DNA from: an uncultured Bacteroidales bacterium
GTDB lineage: Bacteria; Bacteroidota; Bacteroidia; Bacteroidales; JAGOPY01
Assembly (NCBI GenBank): GCA_963701785.1
Contig: CAVPBC010000002.1
Location: 1,365,093-1,429,092, forward strand
DNA: 64,000 bases
Direction: 5' to 3'
This document shows positions 59,796 to 64,000 of the stretch, in pieces. The position numbers were made by a program, and so were the translations under genes. The first letter of the stretch is position 1. Every line of letters begins with the position of its first letter. Under the pieces are notes generated by a model. The model was given only the letters and a program-made list of their open reading frames with translations. It did no database searches and was not told the origin of the DNA.

Positions 59796-62738
59796 ATGAA
59801 ACGCACATTTTGCCATGCGGTCCTGGCTTTTGGACTGCTGTTCTCGACCAATTTCATCCATGCACAGGTCTCTATCAACGCTACTAACACCCCGGCTAAC
59901 AGCTCTGCGATGCTGGATGTGAGCAGCACCACAAAGGGCTTGCTGATCCCGAGCATGACACAGGCCCAAAGGGATGCCATCGTAAATCCCGCTACGGGAC
60001 TGCTCATCTACCAACTGGATTTTCCCATCGGAGTTTACTTTAATGCCGGCACTCCCGATTCCCCGCACTGGTTCCTGGTTGGAATTAATGCCGGGCAATG
60101 GGGTACAGAAGGGAACGATATTTTCTACCTTACAGGTAATGTAGGTATTGGAACCTATACTCCGGGGGCGAGATTGGAAGTAGTCGGGGGTGATATCCTT
60201 GTCAATGATTTAACGCTGGGACGAGGATTAGGCAATCAACCGCAAAATACAGCGTTCGGATACCATGCTCTTGACACCAACACCACCGGCAATTTTAACA
60301 CGGCCATTGGGCTTTATGCCCTGGCAGGCAATACAACCGGCACAGGCAATACTTCCCTGGGAAGTTCTGCCCTCATTGCCAATAAAACCGGCAGTTATAA
60401 CATTGCAATCGGAAGGCGTACCCTTTTCAGCAATGTTTCAGGTTCAGATAATATAGCCATAGGAACGAGAGCCTTATACAATTGTACCAACAGGGGCAAT
60501 CTTATAGCTATAGGTGATTCTGCCCTGTTTAATAATAGCCAGGGAGCAACATTCTCAAGCCAGGGGACTCAAAATACAGCTGTGGGATCAAAAGCCCTTT
60601 ATTCCAATACGGTCGGAAAAAGCAACTCTGCATTCGGATATGAGGCATTGATTGCCAACGACACAGGTGATTATAATGCTGCATATGGCCATTTTTCACT
60701 CCATTCCAATACTTCCGGAGGTATGAATGTTGCTATGGGAGGCTTTTCGTTGGATGAAAACACTTCAGGATCGTGGAACATTGCTATAGGTCACGGTGCA
60801 ATGAGCAGCAATACAACAGGAAATTCCAATTGTGCCTATGGTTTAAGTGCGCTGCATGATAACATTTCGGCGGGATTTAACACGGCCATTGGTTATGCTT
60901 CCCTGTATAATAATGAAACCGGCGAAAACAATGTTGCTATTGGCAGCATGGCGCTGTTTTTTAATAAGGAAATCTCAGACCTTGTTGCCATTGGAGATTC
61001 CGCACTATACTCGAATGGCATGTCAGGATTTGGCTACCCGGAATCGGCCATGAATACCGGGGTAGGTTCAAAAGTCCTGCGATCGAACGATTACGGGAGA
61101 TGCAACACGGCGCTGGGTTGCGAGGCCTTATATGGCAATTATTCTGCAAATTACAACACAGCCATCGGGGCATTTGCACTCAACGCCAATAACGGGTGGA
61201 GCAACACCGCCACCGGATATAATTCCCTTAATTCGAACACAGGAGGAGGAAGCAATACTGCGAACGGAAGTGATGCGCTTTTCTCAAATACCTCAGGGGG
61301 TTATAATACAGCAATCGGGAGAAATGCCATGCATGATAATACGACAGCCATGAATAATTCTTCAATTGGATATAATACATTATTTCACAATACCACAGGT
61401 TATTCCAACACGGCCATCGGTGCATCCGCGCTTTTCTGGAATACATCGCGGTCCAACCTCGTGGCGGTCGGTGACTCCGCCTTATTCTACAATGGCTCCG
61501 GGGCTTCAGGCACCCAGGCTACATGCAATACAGCGATTGGATCAAAGGCTCTTTACTTGAATACGACCGGCAAGAACAACACGGCCCAGGGATTCAACAC
61601 ATTACAAAACAACTCTTCTGGCGACTATAATACCGGTACCGGGCATTTGTCACTGTTCACAAACACCACCGGTGACAGGAACACGGCAACAGGCTCCCAG
61701 GCACTTTATTTTAACACGCAAGGCACCTATAATACGGCATCAGGATATGCAGCACTTTATCACAATACTACCGGTGACCACAATACCGCAATAGGCTATG
61801 TCGCGTTATATGATAATACAACTGCCAATAATAATACCTCGGTCGGCTATGGTTCAATGTATAACAATGCTACAGGGTATTCGAATGTCGCAGTAGGCGT
61901 TGCCTCTCTTTTTGAGAACACCAACCGTTCCAACCTTGTGGCGGTCGGTGACAGCGCTTTGTACAATAACGGCTTAAATGTTAGCTCTTCTGAACATGCC
62001 ACTAAAAATACCGCTGTGGGCTCAAAATCCCTGTATTCAAACAGCAATGGCTATTCTAACAGTGCCGTAGGTTATGAAGCGCTCTATTCCAGTACTACCG
62101 GAGATCAAAATGTGGCAATTGGAGAGCAGGCACTCTTCTCGAACACAACCGGATCCTATAACACCGCCGTTGGGGTGGATGCGGGTTCCAGCCAATCCAA
62201 TATCACGCAAGGCACCTTTATCGGTAATGCAACCTTTGCCAGCGGTTCCGGTCTGACCAATGTGACTGCTATCGGATACAATACGAGCGTAACCGCGAGC
62301 AGCCAGGTCCGTATAGGCAACTCCGGCGTATCCAGCATCGGCGGATACGCCGGCTGGACCACCCTGCCCAGCGACAGCAGATACAAAAACAATGTCCGGG
62401 AAAATGTCTACGGATTGGATTTTATCTTAAAACTCCGTCCGGTGACCTATAACCTGGATTTGAAAAGACTTTCTATAGACCTGGGAGAAGAACAGGATGC
62501 AAATCTGATTACAGATAAATCTAAGGCTGTCTATTCCGGCTTCATCGCACAGGAGGTTGAAGCAGCCGCAAAAAGCATCGGCTATGAATTCAGCGGTGTG
62601 GATGCCCCAAAAAATGAGGATGATTTTTACGGCCTTCGCTACGCTGAGTTTGTCGTGCCGCTGGTGAAGGCGGTGCAGGAACTCTCGGCAAAAGTGGAGT
62701 CACTGGAAAGGGAACTGGCAGAAATGAAAAAGAAGTGA
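59796..62738 (+). CDS. tail-fibre-like repeat protein: signal peptide, ~40 YadA-head-like NTA(I/V)G repeats, C-terminal peptidase-S74 intramolecular-chaperone domain
   Basis: 980 aa, intact. MLDVSSTTKGLLIPSMTQAQRDAIVNPATGLLIY. Reiterated NTA.G..AL..NTTG. LPSDSRYKNNV...LRPVTYNL...GFIAQEVE...YGLRYAEFVVPLVKAVQEL plus a coiled coil. Confidence 0.8.
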   Translation: MKRTFCHAVLAFGLLFSTNFIHAQVSINATNTPANSSAMLDVSSTTKGLLIPSMTQAQRDAIVNPATGLLIYQLDFPIGVYFNAGTPDSPHWFLVGINAGQWGTEGNDIFYLTGNVGIGTYTPGARLEVVGGDILVNDLTLGRGLGNQPQNTAFGYHALDTNTTGNFNTAIGLYALAGNTTGTGNTSLGSSALIANKTGSYNIAIGRRTLFSNVSGSDNIAIGTRALYNCTNRGNLIAIGDSALFNNSQGATFSSQGTQNTAVGSKALYSNTVGKSNSAFGYEALIANDTGDYNAAYGHFSLHSNTSGGMNVAMGGFSLDENTSGSWNIAIGHGAMSSNTTGNSNCAYGLSALHDNISAGFNTAIGYASLYNNETGENNVAIGSMALFFNKEISDLVAIGDSALYSNGMSGFGYPESAMNTGVGSKVLRSNDYGRCNTALGCEALYGNYSANYNTAIGAFALNANNGWSNTATGYNSLNSNTGGGSNTANGSDALFSNTSGGYNTAIGRNAMHDNTTAMNNSSIGYNTLFHNTTGYSNTAIGASALFWNTSRSNLVAVGDSALFYNGSGASGTQATCNTAIGSKALYLNTTGKNNTAQGFNTLQNNSSGDYNTGTGHLSLFTNTTGDRNTATGSQALYFNTQGTYNTASGYAALYHNTTGDHNTAIGYVALYDNTTANNNTSVGYGSMYNNATGYSNVAVGVASLFENTNRSNLVAVGDSALYNNGLNVSSSEHATKNTAVGSKSLYSNSNGYSNSAVGYEALYSSTTGDQNVAIGEQALFSNTTGSYNTAVGVDAGSSQSNITQGTFIGNATFASGSGLTNVTAIGYNTSVTASSQVRIGNSGVSSIGGYAGWTTLPSDSRYKNNVRENVYGLDFILKLRPVTYNLDLKRLSIDLGEEQDANLITDKSKAVYSGFIAQEVEAAAKSIGYEFSGVDAPKNEDDFYGLRYAEFVVPLVKAVQELSAKVESLERELAEMKKK

Positions 62739-62954
62739 TCTCACCGCCCGCATCCTGTGAAAAATCAAAAACCTGGCAAAAAGAAAAAGCACCCGGAATT
62801 CATGGACGATTTTACATGTTTTTGAGTGAGAGCAAAATCATCAGACTAAGGGGGAAGCTTACACAAGGACCGTGTTAACCTGGCCGGATTCTCCAATATT
62901 AGCGTAACCCAGGAAATGTTATAAGAATCTCACTTCTTGTATTCTTACATTCTT

Positions 62955-64000
62955 TCAGAAGGCACCTAAGGATGCCAATGAAATTACGTTTATGCCGTCG
63001 TTTCGAGTGTAACTTATTCCTGTTCCTGTTATTATGTTGATCGATCTGGGTGGTTTCGTTTTTTTTGTGTCTAATATCGAAACTAACTTTTTAAGACTTA
63101 CTGCAGCTTCGTCAAATTGCCCGGTGCCGAGTTTTATTTCAAAAGCGCACCAGTCGCCATTATATTTTTGCACAATGCAGTCCACTTCCAAACCGCTTGA
63201 ATCGCGGTAATGATAAACTTTGGCATCATTTGCCTGTGCGTATACGCGTAATTCGTGCGTAACGAGTGACTCAAACAAAAAGCCCGTAAAATTCAAATCG
63301 TTTAACAGCGAATTTTCGTCTGCTCCTAACGCAGCAATAGCCAGGGAAACATCGGTAAAATGTCGTTTTGGCGCTTTTCGCAATGACGACGATGATCGTA
63401 TATGCGTGTTCCAGGCAGGTTGATCATCCACAATCATCAACCGGTTCAGGGCATCGAGATAATCATAAACGGTTGGCCGGGTAATACCTCCGTTTTCCTT
63501 TTCACGGATATCGCTTTCCAAAGCGGAAATATCCACTATTGTTGCGGTGTTTCTGGCAAGCGAACGCAGCAGGCTTCGTACTTTTACCGGGTCGCGCTTC
63601 ACATCGGAAACCCTGCTCAGATCCACTTCGGCAAGTAATTCAACATACGCACGGTTTAAGTCGGTCGCCTGTGAAATATTTTTATTCAGTGAAGTGGGAA
63701 AACCTCCGATAATCAGTCTCTCGATGATAAATTCCAGGTCAGTAGGGTTTTCATAAACATCAATCTTTTCGCCTTCAAAGAGTTTCGCCAGGCTTATTTT
63801 ACCCGATGAAAAGCCTAATTCCTGCCACGACATGGTACGCATATCTACGATGGTAAACCTGCCGGCACCCGAGTGCATTTTAGCTGATTCTTCAGGATTT
63901 GCGGAACCTGTGAGAATGAATTGTGCAGTTTTTTGACGGTCGTCTATTTCGTGGCGTATGTAGTCCCAAAGTTTTGGTTGAGCCTGCCATTCGTCAACCA
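62955..64000 (-). CDS. AAA+ ATPase with DUF4143 domain (COG1373-type), 5' end beyond the right edge
   Basis: The ORF track begins at 63878, but the frame stays open to 64000: VDEWQAQPKLWDYIRHEIDDRQKTAQFILTGSANP (Walker B-like). C-terminal GFLFESLVTHELRVY...EVDCIV...AFEIKLG (restriction-endonuclease-like DUF4143). Confidence 0.75.
   Translation of the reverse strand, partial: VDEWQAQPKLWDYIRHEIDDRQKTAQFILTGSANPEESAKMHSGAGRFTIVDMRTMSWQELGFSSGKISLAKLFEGEKIDVYENPTDLEFIIERLIIGGFPTSLNKNISQATDLNRAYVELLAEVDLSRVSDVKRDPVKVRSLLRSLARNTATIVDISALESDIREKENGGITRPTVYDYLDALNRLMIVDDQPAWNTHIRSSSSLRKAPKRHFTDVSLAIAALGADENSLLNDLNFTGFLFESLVTHELRVYAQANDAKVYHYRDSSGLEVDCIVQKYNGDWCAFEIKLGTGQFDEAAVSLKKLVSILDTKKTKPPRSINIITGTGISYTRNDGINVISLASLGAF

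Overview
64-kb chromosomal window with the hallmarks of a Bacteroidota genome: a SusC/SusD pair, lipoprotein Cys lipoboxes, and at least 12 genes ending in T9SS C-terminal sorting domains. I see about 45 protein-coding genes or gene remnants and no rRNA, tRNA or CRISPR. (i) 1-10.5 kb is a divergent locus. M28 peptidase and isoaspartyl dipeptidase lie on one side; two cyanophycinase-like S51 peptidases, SusC/SusD and a PKD/propeller lipoprotein lie on the other. This is a candidate cyanophycin / beta-aspartyl-peptide utilisation locus. (ii) 10.6-19.6 kb holds T9SS cargo genes, including an inverted pair of beta-propeller paralogues (one decayed, one intact) around a pirin and a BACON lipoprotein. 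(iii) 19.8-30.3 kb is a visibly AT-richer accessory stretch: Zn-ribbon SAM methyltransferase, IS200/RAYT-type Y1 transposase with REP-like hairpins, SdiA-regulated propeller, HD phosphohydrolase fused to a Pycsar-effector-like (DUF5706) membrane domain, CotH-like protein, ankyrin-metallophosphoesterase, TPR-LuxR regulator. (iv) 30.6-42.4 kb holds a delta-60-repeat protein, GH16 glucanase, Pmp-repeat beta-helix protein, pntAA-pntAB-pntB and a PAS protein, bracketed by two OMP paralogues. (v) 42.5-55.8 kb holds a type-B-CTD lectin/PKD protein, a CotH protein, and three mosaic ~598-aa Asp-box T9SS paralogues interrupted by a DnaQ-like remnant and an AT-rich thyA + Nudix pair. (vi) 56-64 kb holds two ~98%-identical FISUMP lipoprotein genes forming 0.8-kb direct repeats around a BacNaV-type channel (Ca-channel-like TLEGWTD filter) and a TerC protein, then a 980-aa tail-fibre-like protein with an S74 chaperone domain and a DUF4143 ATPase. 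Two global oddities stand out. At least ~44 reading-frame disruptions are confined to three blocks (0.5-14.3, 23.5-30.3, 42.5-49.8 kb) that alternate with 9-14-kb blocks containing none. There are also several families of palindromic intergenic repeat elements. All functional calls come from motif recognition by eye on translations, not from database searches. Boundaries of frame-disrupted genes are approximate.
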